Shown in pieces: positions 47,118 to 57,560 of a DNA stretch of 64,000 bases. This DNA is from Patescibacteria group bacterium (GTDB taxonomy: Bacteria; Patescibacteriota; Patescibacteriia; UBA10025), in assembly GCA_042570925.1 (NCBI GenBank), contig JBHPFX010000003.1:10149-74148 (forward strand), written 5' to 3'. Below the pieces are notes generated by a model, which made no database searches, was not told where the DNA came from, and worked only from the letters and a program-made list of their open reading frames with translations. Position 1 is the stretch's first letter, and every line of letters begins with the position of its first letter. A program made the position numbers and the translations under genes.

Positions 47118-49358
47118 TTACGAACGTCTTCGTGGAATCGGGCGACGTGATTGAGATCCACCGGATCGGTGATCTCGGCGTGGTCGCTGAGGGCGTCTGG
47201 ATTGTGCCGATCGTTCAAAATTTTCTGTAAGTGCTTTAACTGAAAGTGCAAGACGATTTTTCTCCTTATCAATATCAACAACCTTTACTTTTAATGTATT
47301 ACCAACTTGCGTTTTATCAGTTACCCTGTCTATTCGTTCCGGAGAGAATTCTGAAATATGAACCATACCATCTCTGCCGGGAAGAATTTCAACAATTGCA
47401 CCAATCTCACCCCCACTCATATCCGTAACAATCTTTACAACCTTTCCTTCATAGATTTCGCCAATTTTTATCTCTTTTGTAAGATCTTCAATCCACTTCT
47501 TTGCTTTATCAGACATTTCAGAATTATTAGAGGTGACTGAGATAGTACCGTCATCCTCAATGTCAATTTTGATCACATCTGCGCCGCCGCATTCTTCAAT
47601 GATCTTGTTAATCATTTCGCCGCCTTTTCCAATCACAGTGCGAATTTTATCAGGATCAACTTTAATCGCAGTAATTCTCGGAGCGTACGGGGAAAGTTCT
47701 TTACGCGGCTCTGCAAGTGCCTGACTCATATTATCAAGAATTTTTTTACGCGCTATCTTTGCTGCTTCAAGCGTTTCGTCAAGAATGCGCGGAGAAATGC
47801 CATGAAGTTTTGTGTCCATTTGCATGGCGGTAATTCCTTTAGTCGTGCCGGCCACTTTAAAATCCATATCGCCATTATGATCTTCGACTCCCTGAATATC
47901 GGTGAGGATCATGTATTTGGATGCATCATTTTCATCACTTACCAATCCCATAGCAATGCCGGCAACTGGGGAGGATATCGGTACCGCAGCATCCATGAGC
48001 GCAAGGCTCGAACCGCATATCGACGCTTGTGAAGTAGAGCCGTTTGAAGCGAGCACTTCCGATACTACTCGAATAGTGTAGGGAAATTTATCTTGTTCCG
48101 GGAGGACGGGAACCAATGCTTTTTCTGCAAGTGCGCCATGACCAATTTCCCGTCTTCCGGCACCTCGAAGCGGTTTTACTTCTCCAACGGAGAAACCCGG
48201 GAAATTATAGTGGTGCATGTATTTCTTTGTTCCTGATAATTCCATCGTATCCAAGAATTGCTCTTCACCCGGAGAACCAAGCGTAACTACTGATAAAATC
48301 TGCGTTTCTCCCCTTTGAAACAGGCCTGATCCGTGTGTACGGGGTAAAATGCCGGCTTCAGAGGCAAGTGTCCGGATTTCGTCTGTTTTTCTTCCATCAA
48401 CGCGCTTTCCTTGCTCGAGAAGCAGTGTCCGGGCTCTTTTTTCATACATTTCCTGAATAAGTTCAAGTGCTTTTATTCGTTCATCTTTTGACACTTCATT
48501 ATCTTCCTTAAGTATAGCGTCAAGTTCAGTCTGAATGTCGGCAAGTCCTCCACTAAGCTCTTTTTTATCTCTTGGCTGTTGAAGGAGTGCGTCGAGCTTT
48601 GGAATGCTCAAGTTTTCAATTTTTGCTTTTACAGCTTCAGAAACTTTCTCAGGTATCTCAATAGTAATTTTCTCCAGTCCAACGCTGTCTTTTACTTCAT
48701 TGATAAGCTCAATGATCGGCTTGATGTTTTCATGGCCGAACTGGATTGCCTGTTTCATTACCTCTTCCTCAATTTCATTACCTCCGGCTTCGATCATGAT
48801 TATTTTATCATCGTTCCCACATACTACGAGATCGAGATCGCTTTTTTCCCGTGCTTCGTAAGTGGGATTCAAAATCCATTTTCCATCAATGCGGCCGACG
48901 CGTGTTCCGGCTACCGGTCCGTTCCAAGGAATTGGAGATATCATCAAAGCAGCTGACGCGGCAATGACTGAAAGAATATCTGCGTCATTTTCCTGATCAC
49001 TCGAGAGTACCGTCAATACAACCTGCACATCACGACGCATTCGTTCGTCGAATAATGGGCGGATAGTCCTGTCAACGAGCCTTGAAGTAAGAATTGCTTC
49101 GTCTGAAGGTCGGCCTTCACGTTTTATAAAGCGAGAACCTTTTATCTTACCTGCGGCATACAGCCGTTCCTCATAATCAACAAGCAACGGGAAGTAGTCC
49201 ACCCCTTCTCTCTCGGTATTCCCGATGACTGCCGTAGCTAAAACAACCGTTCCGTTATACTGAACGGTACAAGCCCCATGTGCCTGTCCGGCAAAGCGCC
49301 CTGTCTCAATAATTAACTTTTTTCCACCGACTTCTGTTTCGAACGTCTTACGTTCCAT
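47118..49358 (-). CDS. pnp: Polyribonucleotide nucleotidyltransferase (PNPase)
   Basis: Two RNase PH domains (GRFAGQAHGA; REIGHG.LAE.A), KH (VIGKGGEMINKI) and S1 (GEIYEGKVVKI) domains. Confidence 0.92.
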   Translation of the reverse strand: MERKTFETEVGGKKLIIETGRFAGQAHGACTVQYNGTVVLATAVIGNTEREGVDYFPLLVDYEERLYAAGKIKGSRFIKREGRPSDEAILTSRLVDRTIRPLFDERMRRDVQVVLTVLSSDQENDADILSVIAASAALMISPIPWNGPVAGTRVGRIDGKWILNPTYEAREKSDLDLVVCGNDDKIIMIEAGGNEIEEEVMKQAIQFGHENIKPIIELINEVKDSVGLEKITIEIPEKVSEAVKAKIENLSIPKLDALLQQPRDKKELSGGLADIQTELDAILKEDNEVSKDERIKALELIQEMYEKRARTLLLEQGKRVDGRKTDEIRTLASEAGILPRTHGSGLFQRGETQILSVVTLGSPGEEQFLDTMELSGTKKYMHHYNFPGFSVGEVKPLRGAGRREIGHGALAEKALVPVLPEQDKFPYTIRVVSEVLASNGSTSQASICGSSLALMDAAVPISSPVAGIAMGLVSDENDASKYMILTDIQGVEDHNGDMDFKVAGTTKGITAMQMDTKLHGISPRILDETLEAAKIARKKILDNMSQALAEPRKELSPYAPRITAIKVDPDKIRTVIGKGGEMINKIIEECGGADVIKIDIEDDGTISVTSNNSEMSDKAKKWIEDLTKEIKIGEIYEGKVVKIVTDMSGGEIGAIVEILPGRDGMVHISEFSPERIDRVTDKTQVGNTLKVKVVDIDKEKNRLALSVKALTENFERSAQSRRPQRPRRDHRSGGSQSRRPIPRRRS

Positions 49359-49463
49359 AGTGTAGTCCTTTCTTTGTGCATCTCGTTCGGCAGGCTCCTG
49401 ACCTCACTTCCCTCATACATGCTCGTCAATGAGTGAGCTCAGCGTGTCTACCGAAGAGTACGC

Positions 49464-50000
49464 TTAGTTATTAGTTTTTTTAGTAAATGCTTTTTTAATT
49501 GGATTTTTTAATAAGAGGTAATTTTTTTTATCTTTGCTTAAATCCATGAATTCATCAGCTTCTTCGATAATTTTGTGCGATGATGATTCGCCAAAAGCCA
49601 GCACCTCAATGTAGTGGCCGTGATTTCGTACATATTCTATCAATGGAGCATAGTCACCGTCTCCACTCACCAGCACAATCACATCCAGCTTATTAGAAAG
49701 TCGGATGATATCCATTGCGATACCGACGTCCCAGTCAGCTTTTTTCATTCCTGAGGCAAAAATCTGCAAGTTCTTCATTTTGACTTCAAAGCCCTGCATT
49801 GATAACGCTTCAAAAAATTTCTGTTCCTCGGGATTATTCGCTCGAACGACGTAGGCAATGGCGCGTATCAGTTTTCTATCCGATACAGCTTTTTTTAGAA
49901 TATTGCCAAAATTTACCTTTGCGCCGTACAGGTTTTTTGCAGAGTAGTACATGTTTTGTACGTCCACAAATACCCCTACTCGCTGTTCAACGTGTTTCAT
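49464..50000 (-). CDS. NYN-domain (LabA-like) putative ribonuclease
   Basis: VGVFVDVQNMYY, KADWDVGIAMDI and VLVSGDGDYAPL motifs. Confidence 0.7.
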   Translation of the reverse strand: MKHVEQRVGVFVDVQNMYYSAKNLYGAKVNFGNILKKAVSDRKLIRAIAYVVRANNPEEQKFFEALSMQGFEVKMKNLQIFASGMKKADWDVGIAMDIIRLSNKLDVIVLVSGDGDYAPLIEYVRNHGHYIEVLAFGESSSHKIIEEADEFMDLSKDKKNYLLLKNPIKKAFTKKTNN

Positions 50001-50368
50001 TTTTTCTTTTCGCTTTTTTCTTCATTAGTCACTTCATTTTCTACAGGTTCTTCTGGTGCTGCTGCAGAGATTCCAAATCCTCGCGCCTCTTCTGGTGCAA
50101 TAATAATTTTCAGCTTTAATTTCTTAGAGAGATTTTCTGCACTCTTTGGATTTTCCTTTTGTAAAAATTTAAAAAGTCTGCGCCGCATTCCTACCTTGCG
50201 CAATAGACCTCGTCTGGATGAGAAATCCTTCTTATGGGTTTTAAGATGCTCAGTGAGGAGAGATATTTCCTCTGTAAGGATTGCGATCTGAACTTCGGGT
50301 GAACCAGTATCAGAAGCGTGGACCTTGAATTTTTTTATTATTTTATCTTTTTGCTCTTTTGTTAACAT
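49997..50368 (-). CDS. rpsO: 30S ribosomal protein S15 with an acidic/Lys-rich C-terminal extension
   Basis: MLTKEQKDKII..DTGSPEVQIAILTEEI..LTEHLK.HKKD..SRRGLL..V..RR. ATG 50368 is preferred over the TTG at 50380. Confidence 0.85.
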   Translation of the reverse strand: MLTKEQKDKIIKKFKVHASDTGSPEVQIAILTEEISLLTEHLKTHKKDFSSRRGLLRKVGMRRRLFKFLQKENPKSAENLSKKLKLKIIIAPEEARGFGISAAAPEEPVENEVTNEEKSEKKK

Positions 50369-50554
50369 GGTCGAGTTCAATCAATTATTATGCGGATATC
50401 CGAGTTATACAGGGGACCATTCCTCAAACCCAGAATACCGTCTTCGTTATTATGAAGTAGCCAGAAGTCTAGCTCATATGGGTATGCTTGTCAACTGGTA
50501 TTGTATGGATTGGTCATGTGTCGTATAATGTAAGTTGCCTCACACATCAGTACT

Positions 50555-51487
50555 ATGCCCTCAAAACTCCAAAATTATATTACACAGTATCTCGAGTATC
50601 TTGAGATAGAAAAAAACAAATCCCCTTTAACTGTAAGGAATTATGAATTTTATCTGCGAAGATTCCTTACATGGGGCCAATTAAAAAATCCGGAAGACAT
50701 CACGCTTGAGAAAGTACGACAGTATCGCCTGTTTCTCAACCGTCTTAAAAGCCAGCGAAAAGAATTCGTAAAAAAATCAACGCAAAATTATCATCTCATT
50801 GCCCTTCGATCGTTTTTAAAATATTTAGCGCGTAATGATGTAACAACACTTGCTCCTGAGAAAATTGAACTTGCAAAGATCTCCGAACGCCAAGTTTCAT
50901 TTCTTGAAGGAGATGATCTGGAGCGTTTTCTCGAAGCTCCGTTGAAATCAAAAGAGTCAGAAATTATTCAGCAGCGTGATAAAGCACTTTTAGAACTACT
51001 ATTTTCTACTGGATTGCGTGTATCAGAGCTCGCCTCCTTACAACGCGATTCGATCAATCTTACAAAGGATGAATTCACCGTGCGCGGAAAAGGCGGAAAA
51101 CTACGAGTGGTTTTTCTTTCAAACCAATCGAAGCATTGGATAAAAAAATATCTGGCGACACGGAAAGATGATGCTTCACCACTTTTTTTACGACATGACC
51201 GGGCAGCAGCTTCTGAAAAAGATCCGAAATCAATTACCTCAAGGTCCATTCAGCGAATAGTTGAAAGTTATGCAAAGCAGGCAGGCATTACAAAAAAAGT
51301 CACCCCGCATACACTGCGCCACAGTTATGCGACTGATCTTCTCATGAACGGAGCTGATATTCGCTCGGTACAATCAATGCTCGGGCATGCCTCAATTACT
51401 ACCACACAGATTTATACTCATATAACTAATCAGCAGCTGCGAGACGTGTATAAGGCGTTTCATGCTCGAAGAAGAAAAAAGGAATGA
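50555..51487 (+). CDS. Tyrosine site-specific recombinase (XerC/XerD-like)
   Basis: N-terminal SAM-like domain (YLEYLEIEKN.SPLTV.NY). Catalytic R (GLRVSEL), HTLRHSYAT, GH and the TQIYTH tyrosine. Confidence 0.85.
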   Translation: MPSKLQNYITQYLEYLEIEKNKSPLTVRNYEFYLRRFLTWGQLKNPEDITLEKVRQYRLFLNRLKSQRKEFVKKSTQNYHLIALRSFLKYLARNDVTTLAPEKIELAKISERQVSFLEGDDLERFLEAPLKSKESEIIQQRDKALLELLFSTGLRVSELASLQRDSINLTKDEFTVRGKGGKLRVVFLSNQSKHWIKKYLATRKDDASPLFLRHDRAAASEKDPKSITSRSIQRIVESYAKQAGITKKVTPHTLRHSYATDLLMNGADIRSVQSMLGHASITTTQIYTHITNQQLRDVYKAFHARRRKKE

Positions 51488-51647
51488 TTTGACGAATGTG
51501 ACGTTTGTCCTATACTGATTAGCCAATTTCTTCTACAATTCAACATATTATGCGCCCATAGTTTTCCTCGCATGCGCTCGGAACTTTCAGCCCTCCGCTG
51601 CGCTCAGGACAGGCAACGGATAGAAAAATTGCTTGAACTCCCCTGGT

Positions 51648-51722
51648 GCCCCTGTAGTTCAACGGATAGAACGGTGGCCTTCTAAGCCTCAGATCGAGGT
51701 TCGATTCCTCGCGGGGGCACCA
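51648..51722 (+). tRNA. tRNA-Arg (anticodon UCU), CCA encoded
   Basis: GCCCCTG acceptor, GTTCAACGGATAGAAC D arm, CTTCTAA loop, CGAGGTTCGATTCCTCG T arm, CGGGGGC-A-CCA. One U-U mismatch in the anticodon stem. Confidence 0.8.
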
Positions 51723-51734
51723 GGGGAGTAAATC

Positions 51735-51812
51735 GCATTCGATTCTCGAAGTATAAACGGAAACCCTGAGGATGACACGAAATGTCATGCCGAAGGGCTG
51801 GTGGGCGCACCA
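51735..51812 (+). pseudogene. Degenerate tRNA-Arg 3' fragment split by an insert
   Basis: GCATTCGATTCTCG (T-arm-like), a roughly 50-nt insert, then GGTGGGCGCACCA. Confidence 0.4.
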
Positions 51813-51840
51813 ATCAGCATAATTTGTTATCATTACGTAT

Positions 51841-52116
51841 ATGGACAAGGAGGAACAAAAGAAATCACATCTTATCATCCATTGGAAGCGATGGCTTCTA
51901 GTAATTGTTATCGGTGGGGGTATTGTGGTGGGGTTCGGTCTCTGGGTTTGGAATCTCTATACAGAAAATCAGATCGCTGAATTGATCATTGACACCCGAG
52001 ATACAGTAATTGAAGAACTTGATCGATGTGAGGAATTTCTAGCTTTGCCGGGCGGTGAATTTGATACATATGACTATTGTAAAGAATTTGTAGAAAAATT
52101 TTCTACCCTGCGTTAG
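51841..52116 (+). CDS. Hypothetical small single-TM protein
   Basis: One hydrophobic helix (WLLVIVIGGGIVVGFGLWVW). No motif. Confidence 0.4.
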   Translation: MDKEEQKKSHLIIHWKRWLLVIVIGGGIVVGFGLWVWNLYTENQIAELIIDTRDTVIEELDRCEEFLALPGGEFDTYDYCKEFVEKFSTLR

Positions 52117-52125
52117 AATTATTTT

Positions 52126-52809
52126 ATGCCAACTCTTGCTGTTATATTCTCCGTCCTAGGTATCACGCTTCTCATTATTGGGGGACGGTATCGTTCAATT
52201 CAGGCTGAGATGCGTTCAATTAAACGAATGCTGGTTCGTGAATTACGACCCGGAATTCTTGCTGAGATTTCTGGAACCGCGCAATTAGAGCCGCCGCTTA
52301 TCACACCATTCAGTAAAAAGACCTGCGTATATTACGAATATGAGGTAGAGCGCCTGGAAGAGAGACATGGAAAAACAGAATGGGAACCGATTTGGCAGAA
52401 AAAAACAGATAGTCGGTTTTACGTATATGATGGGACTGGGACTGTTTCAATAACACCAAAAGATGCTTCAATTGATATTCCTGTCATTTCTGAAGGTTCA
52501 TTACAAGCAGGTGACATATATGCGCAAAAAGATCTTCGCGAACTGGTAAATCTCATTTCAGGCTATGAGGCGAGGGTGCGGGAAAAAGCGATTCCCATTG
52601 GTTCATCGACGTATGTGTTTGGTTCGGTGTATTCAAGTGACGATAAGCTCTATATGATGAAGGGACGACGGCCTCTCTATATAAGTACTAAGTCGGAAGA
52701 AATGGTAGAACAGGAAATAGGACGCAAAGGGGCATTATTCTCTATTGCAGGACTCGTCGGGCTCTTTGGGGGCTTGACCTTGATTTTTCTCATATATTTT
52801 GTATTATAG
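52126..52809 (+). CDS. GIDE-domain-like membrane protein (TM, beta-rich domain, TM)
   Basis: N- and C-terminal TM helices flank a segment with C.YYEYEV......W and F.V.DGTG.V.I.P, resembling the GIDE family. Confidence 0.5.
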   Translation: MPTLAVIFSVLGITLLIIGGRYRSIQAEMRSIKRMLVRELRPGILAEISGTAQLEPPLITPFSKKTCVYYEYEVERLEERHGKTEWEPIWQKKTDSRFYVYDGTGTVSITPKDASIDIPVISEGSLQAGDIYAQKDLRELVNLISGYEARVREKAIPIGSSTYVFGSVYSSDDKLYMMKGRRPLYISTKSEEMVEQEIGRKGALFSIAGLVGLFGGLTLIFLIYFVL

Positions 52810-53032
52810 AAAGCTGACATTCGTGGTGGCTATGGGTCGAGGCAATAAGTGAAGCTGAATGCTTCACGCATGCCGAGACGGGCGAAGCGTTGTCCCGAGT
52901 AATCGAGGGACCGTGAAGCCCCGGAGTAGTGGTAGCATCCTTCGACTTCGCTCAGGACATTGCAGAGGCCTGCCGAAGGTCCCGCTCGCCAAAGCCTCGA
53001 AAGACAATTAATTACTGAAAGGGATGTGCGGG

Positions 53033-53104
53033 GGTGACTATGGTGTAGTGGTAGCACAGGGGCCTGTGAAGCCCTTAGCTCGGGTTCAAATCCCGATAGT
53101 CACC
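53033..53104 (+). tRNA. tRNA-His (anticodon GUG) with encoded G-1
   Basis: G-1 + GTGACTA acceptor, GTGTAGTGGTAGCAC D arm, CTGTGAA loop, TCGGGTTCAAATCCCGA T arm, TAGTCAC-C. No CCA encoded. Confidence 0.85.
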
Positions 53105-53210
53105 CCCGCCCACCTCTTTTGTGATTTTTTTGAATTTACTTGCGTGCTTTGGCGGGCAGGGATGACCTGCTCTGAGCGTGGCCCGCCGTAGGCGGGAGAA
53201 GCCGAAGAGA

Positions 53211-53363
53211 GCCTTTAGCTCGGGTTCGAGCCCCGATAGCGACCTTTTTCTCTGAGCATTGTGTTCGAAGAAAAAGGAAAAAACATCTCCTATTCATTGT
53301 GAGGTGTTTTTGGTTCCAGAAAAGAGGTATACTATATTTAGATAATCATTAGAATAAATATGT
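53211..53363 (+). repeat. Composite intergenic element, copy 1 (starts with a long tRNA-His 3'-half-like segment)
   Basis: GCCTTTAGCTCGGGTTCGAGCCCCGATAGCGACC, hairpin 53243-53277, terminator CATCTCC..GAGGTG plus T run, then the GGTATACT promoter. Confidence 0.7.
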
Positions 53364-54743
53364 ATGATTAATCAAAGAGGATTCATTAGTGCAACATTGG
53401 TTGTCATTATTGTAGTGCTCGCAGTTTTTATGGTTGGAGTTGCTTGGTATTATGAGGAGAATAAGGAAGAAATCAGTTCGGAGACAGTAAATACTCCGAT
53501 TAATTCGAATAGCAATATTAATTCATCAATACTTCATAATACTAATTCGATAGCTTCGAATGAACTTTTTCCGAAAGTGGCATATTTAGATTCAGGTAAT
53601 ATATATTCATTAAGTTTGTCATATGCAGACGTACAACTACTTGTTTCAAATGCAACGCCAATCATTGAATACGATATTTCTGATAATGGTCAGCATATTA
53701 TATATCTTGTAGCTAGCGATAATGAAAGCGAGATACATTATTATAACGTTTTGGATGAAAATGATTCCGTAGTATTGAAGGAAACAAATGTTTATTATCA
53801 TAGTATTGCGTTGTCGCCAGATAATACAAAAATTGCATATGCAAAAAAGAATTTCAACAGCTCAGTGAATAAATTTCTTAATCAAGCAATTTATGTAAGC
53901 GACCTTAATGGTAATGATGAGAACAAAATAGTAGATATTGGAAAGACTGAGGATGAAGTTAGTGAATATTACGGTAATGATGTCTGTGAATGGTCAAATG
54001 ACTCCAATCTTATTGGGCTTGAAAAGTGGTCCCCAGAGAGTGATTATTTAGTTTATTATATAAATGATAACTATGAATGTAGTGGTCCAGGGCATTCAAT
54101 AATACACATTACTGATTTGAATGGTAATGAAAGCTTTTTTGATGAACATTTGCCAAATCCAGGGACATATATATTTAATGAAGAAGAAAGGGAGTGGAGC
54201 GCTGCGGATATTTTTTGGCAGACTTTTTCTTCGGATAATGGTGACTTTATTCTTAAACAGCGAGCAGGTATGCCCTTTGTAAATAGTAGAGTAGTATTTG
54301 TCAAGGATGGTGAGGTGGTATCCGCATTTAATACTGTTGATTACCAAGATGACGAATATCAAAATAATACCCAAAGGCTTAGATCACACTATGAATATGG
54401 ATTTGACGTAGTTGGATGGGATGAAAGAATTAGTTATTTTGGGGGTAGGGCAGGTGAACCTGGTACTAATGAAGTGATAAAGACAAACATTGCCGGAGGA
54501 AATATTATTCAGTTAACCAATACTGAGGATGATTTGGCATTTACTCACCCAATAGTAATTGATGATGAGTATGTACTTTTTAGAAGGTATAATATAGATC
54601 CAGTTACTAATCAATACGGAAATACGTCTAGTTCTAAATCAGATACGTATGATATTTTAGTAAAGAATGTTGAAAATAATGAAGAAACTATTATTACTGA
54701 GGGGGCAGCTTTTAATCTGTTGAAGATTTACAGGTTGGAATGA
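53364..54743 (+). CDS. Pilin-signal-like anchored surface protein, family member 1 (C-terminal TolB/beta-propeller-like repeats)
   Basis: MINQRGFISATLVVIIVVLAVFMVGVAWYYEENKEE, an Asn/Ser-rich linker, then repeats such as DISDNGQHIIYL and IALSPDNTKIAYA. Confidence 0.6.
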   Translation: MINQRGFISATLVVIIVVLAVFMVGVAWYYEENKEEISSETVNTPINSNSNINSSILHNTNSIASNELFPKVAYLDSGNIYSLSLSYADVQLLVSNATPIIEYDISDNGQHIIYLVASDNESEIHYYNVLDENDSVVLKETNVYYHSIALSPDNTKIAYAKKNFNSSVNKFLNQAIYVSDLNGNDENKIVDIGKTEDEVSEYYGNDVCEWSNDSNLIGLEKWSPESDYLVYYINDNYECSGPGHSIIHITDLNGNESFFDEHLPNPGTYIFNEEEREWSAADIFWQTFSSDNGDFILKQRAGMPFVNSRVVFVKDGEVVSAFNTVDYQDDEYQNNTQRLRSHYEYGFDVVGWDERISYFGGRAGEPGTNEVIKTNIAGGNIIQLTNTEDDLAFTHPIVIDDEYVLFRRYNIDPVTNQYGNTSSSKSDTYDILVKNVENNEETIITEGAAFNLLKIYRLE

Positions 54744-54792
54744 TTGTTACTTTTTTTGGGTTGATTTGATCATATTGAATCGCTTAGATAGG

Positions 54793-54987
54793 TTTGACAT
54801 ATACCCAAAATCACCAAAAACTCCCATAAGATTAGTTAAAATAACGTACCGATAGCCACCTTTTTCTCTGAGTATTAGATTCGGAGCAAAAGGAAAAGAC
54901 ATCTTCCCCACACCATATAATGGTGTGTGGGAGAGGTGTTTTTGTTAGAGAAATGGTATAATGAATATATAAAATTAATATAATAAA
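54793..54987 (+). repeat. Composite intergenic element, copy 2
   Basis: Box A, CCGATAGCCACC, hairpin 54859-54893, long terminator hairpin 54898-54943, TGGTATAAT extended -10. Confidence 0.7.
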
Positions 54988-55701
54988 ATGCAAATAGCAG
55001 ATAATAAGAAGTTAAAAAAGCATCCCCTTGATTATGCGATAAAATCATCTCGTGTCATAGCCACAATTATCCTTTTTTATGGATTTATGATGGGCTTGGC
55101 AATTGGTTTTTTCGGTATCCCTCTAAACATTACCGTTTATGGTACATCAATTTCTGGATTTATTCCCTACCTTATCGCCATAGTAATAGCTGTAGCCTCA
55201 TTCATTTTATATCCAATATTATTAAAAAAGAAGTATCCTGGCATTAAAACAAATATATATACTATTGGAAAATTAAAAACGCACGTTGGATTATTAACCC
55301 TTATCGCAGGCGGAGCTGGTTTCGTCTTAGCATTATGGGCATATATTCTTCTTTTTATCAAAACATCAGATAATACCTCCATCAATGAATTTCTATATTA
55401 CCCAAACTATGCAACTAAAATTGCATTTATACCTATAATTGCCTCGGTTTATTTTTCTTTTCTTAAAAAAATAATATCTCACTCCCTAAAAGCAATCGAG
55501 CTTGTTTTTCTTGTTTTTTCTACAATCCTGTTAATTATGGTGGCTGCTTTCATTTCTTTTGTGGGCATCAGTAATTCAATGATTGAAAACTGGTGGTTAC
55601 TCATTCCTGACTTGATTGCCGGAGGCTCATCATATACTTTTGCTATGTTCTTTTTGCTAAAATTTAGGCCCACGGAAAATATACAGTCTTCAAGCACTTA
55701 A
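54988..55701 (+). CDS. Hypothetical multi-pass membrane protein
   Basis: Six or so hydrophobic segments. No motif. Confidence 0.5.
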   Translation: MQIADNKKLKKHPLDYAIKSSRVIATIILFYGFMMGLAIGFFGIPLNITVYGTSISGFIPYLIAIVIAVASFILYPILLKKKYPGIKTNIYTIGKLKTHVGLLTLIAGGAGFVLALWAYILLFIKTSDNTSINEFLYYPNYATKIAFIPIIASVYFSFLKKIISHSLKAIELVFLVFSTILLIMVAAFISFVGISNSMIENWWLLIPDLIAGGSSYTFAMFFLLKFRPTENIQSSST

Positions 55702-55780
55702 TAATTGGAGCACTAAAGTTCGAAAACTATCAAATTCAAACAATAAGAACTCTGAACAGTTATTCCTATTGAGCAATACT

Positions 55781-56791
55781 TTAATTGGCTCCTGTAAAGC
55801 TAAAACTTTCGACTACTTCTGTAAAAATCTGCTCCGCAGTTTGTTGAACATCAGCGCCATACAATACGCTAATCTCAAATATTATTGATCCTTCTCCCTG
55901 AGGGCTGTTTATTGTGTCAGTGTTATATATAACCGTCGAATAATTGATAGGTGAATCAGGTGTTTGTTCAGTACCGCTCAGTTTCTTTGCTGCATAGCCG
56001 CCTAAAGTTGAACTTGTTTCACTAGTTAAACTACGAGAATAGTCACCAGAGCTATTAAAATTTGGGCTAGTATATTCATCTTGAGTATCTAACATAACAC
56101 TAATAGACATACAATCTGCGGGTATTGAAAAAATCTCAAAACTTCTAATTAAGCAATCCTCACTTGAGTAATACGTTCTATTGGCGTCATAAATTGACAC
56201 TGTACTTTCAAGGCCTGATTCGCTCAAGTCTAAAAAATATAAATTATCAGGGTACTCAAAAGAAAAACTATAATCATCATTAGTATATGTTAACCAATTA
56301 TCCAGCATCGTGTTTGTTAATTGGGTATTGGTGCTTTCAGTAGAATTTACATTACTTGTATTTATATTATCTATATTTTCATTAATATTTCTAACAAGTT
56401 GGGTATTTGTATTATCTGCAAATAAATTTTCGTTAAGATTCCCTAAGTTAATATTACTATTCTGATTAACTAAAGAATTAACATTAGAGACAGGGGTGTT
56501 TTTTATTACAACACCCTCCGTTTTATTATCTTTATTGAAAAACAAAAAATATACTGCTAAACCAGCTAAGATAACAAATACAACAACTACGATTATAATT
56601 AGTGTGGACTTATTACTAGCGCTTACCGTCACATTTGGCTGTCTAGCACTTTTCTGGACGTCAGATGGATTTAATATTTCAGAAATCATTTCTCGAGTAT
56701 AACCCTGAGCCAATAATTTTTCGGTAATTTGTTCATCTGTTAAGCCAGCAGCCCTTGCCTGCTCTAACCATTGTTTAATTGCATCATTCAT
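55781..56791 (-). CDS. Membrane-anchored surface protein with the N-terminal helical module, an Asn-rich linker and a unique C-terminal domain
   Basis: MNDAIKQWLEQARAAGLTDEQITEKLLAQGYTREMISEIL is about half identical (by eye) to the N-terminus of 23943-26717. TM, then an NVNSLVNQNSNINLGN.. linker. Confidence 0.6.
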   Translation of the reverse strand: MNDAIKQWLEQARAAGLTDEQITEKLLAQGYTREMISEILNPSDVQKSARQPNVTVSASNKSTLIIIVVVVFVILAGLAVYFLFFNKDNKTEGVVIKNTPVSNVNSLVNQNSNINLGNLNENLFADNTNTQLVRNINENIDNINTSNVNSTESTNTQLTNTMLDNWLTYTNDDYSFSFEYPDNLYFLDLSESGLESTVSIYDANRTYYSSEDCLIRSFEIFSIPADCMSISVMLDTQDEYTSPNFNSSGDYSRSLTSETSSTLGGYAAKKLSGTEQTPDSPINYSTVIYNTDTINSPQGEGSIIFEISVLYGADVQQTAEQIFTEVVESFSFTGAN

Positions 56792-56825
56792 AGTTTATAT
56801 ATTTAGTAATCTAACATCCTTTATT

Positions 56826-57010
56826 AAGCTTACCATATACCCAAAATCCTCCAAAACCTTAACAAACTCAGACTTTTTAGTTAAACTAACCTTATCCCTC
56901 GACTCGTTCCACTTGCTCGGGACAGGCGGTAGCGACCTTTTTCTCTGAGCATTTAAGTTCGAAGAAAAAGGAAAAGACATCTCCCCTTATGAGGGAGGTG
57001 TTTTTGGTAT
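56826..57010 (+). repeat. Composite intergenic element, copy 3 (+ orientation between two minus-strand genes)
   Basis: Box A, a G+C tract, GGTAGCGACC, hairpin 56936-56971, terminator 56976-57005. Confidence 0.65.
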
Positions 57011-57013
57011 TAT

Positions 57014-57337
57014 TTATTCGCTACTCAACGCTACAATAATCAAAGTTATAAATGCAAGTACTATTAAAGAAAAATATATAGCAAGTCTACTAATAATTTT
57101 TCCTTTAGACGTATTTTTTTTAGTTTTATAAAGGCTGATAATACCTAGAACAAGAGGTATGAAAAAAGAGATTATAATTAAGTCTATTCGGAGAACTTCT
57201 GATATGTCCATCATAAACAAAATAAAGTTCGTTCCGGCAATTAGAAATAAAACAAAAGCAATAATTGCTAATTTGTTAAATTTCTTCTTTGGTTGTTCTG
57301 ACTGTGGCGCTGGTTGTTGTTTTGTTAGTTCTTCCAT
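57014..57337 (-). CDS. Hypothetical small 3-TM membrane protein
   Basis: Hydrophobic segments only. Confidence 0.45.
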   Translation of the reverse strand: MEELTKQQPAPQSEQPKKKFNKLAIIAFVLFLIAGTNFILFMMDISEVLRIDLIIISFFIPLVLGIISLYKTKKNTSKGKIISRLAIYFSLIVLAFITLIIVALSSE

Positions 57338-57370
57338 ATTTATATCTTTAGTGACTTAATCTCCTGCATT

Positions 57371-57560
57371 AAGTCTACCACATACCTAAAATCCCCTAAA
57401 ACCCTCATAAGATTAGTTAAAATAACGTACCGATAGGGACCTTTTTCTCTGAGCATTGTGTTCGAAGAAAAAGGAAAAAACATCTCCTATTCATTGTGAG
57501 GTGTTTTTGGTTCCAGAAAAGAGGTATACTATATTTAGATAATCATTAGAATAAATATGT
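57371..57560 (+). repeat. Composite intergenic element, copy 4
   Basis: Box A, CCGATAGGGACC, hairpin 57440-57474. Identical to copy 1 from 57438 onward. Confidence 0.7.

Noticed and set aside
52830-53057. ORF 52830-53057(-), and ORF 51540-51878(-) near tRNA-Arg
   Set aside because: They run through tRNA genes and G+C-rich tRNA debris. There are no start context or coding features.
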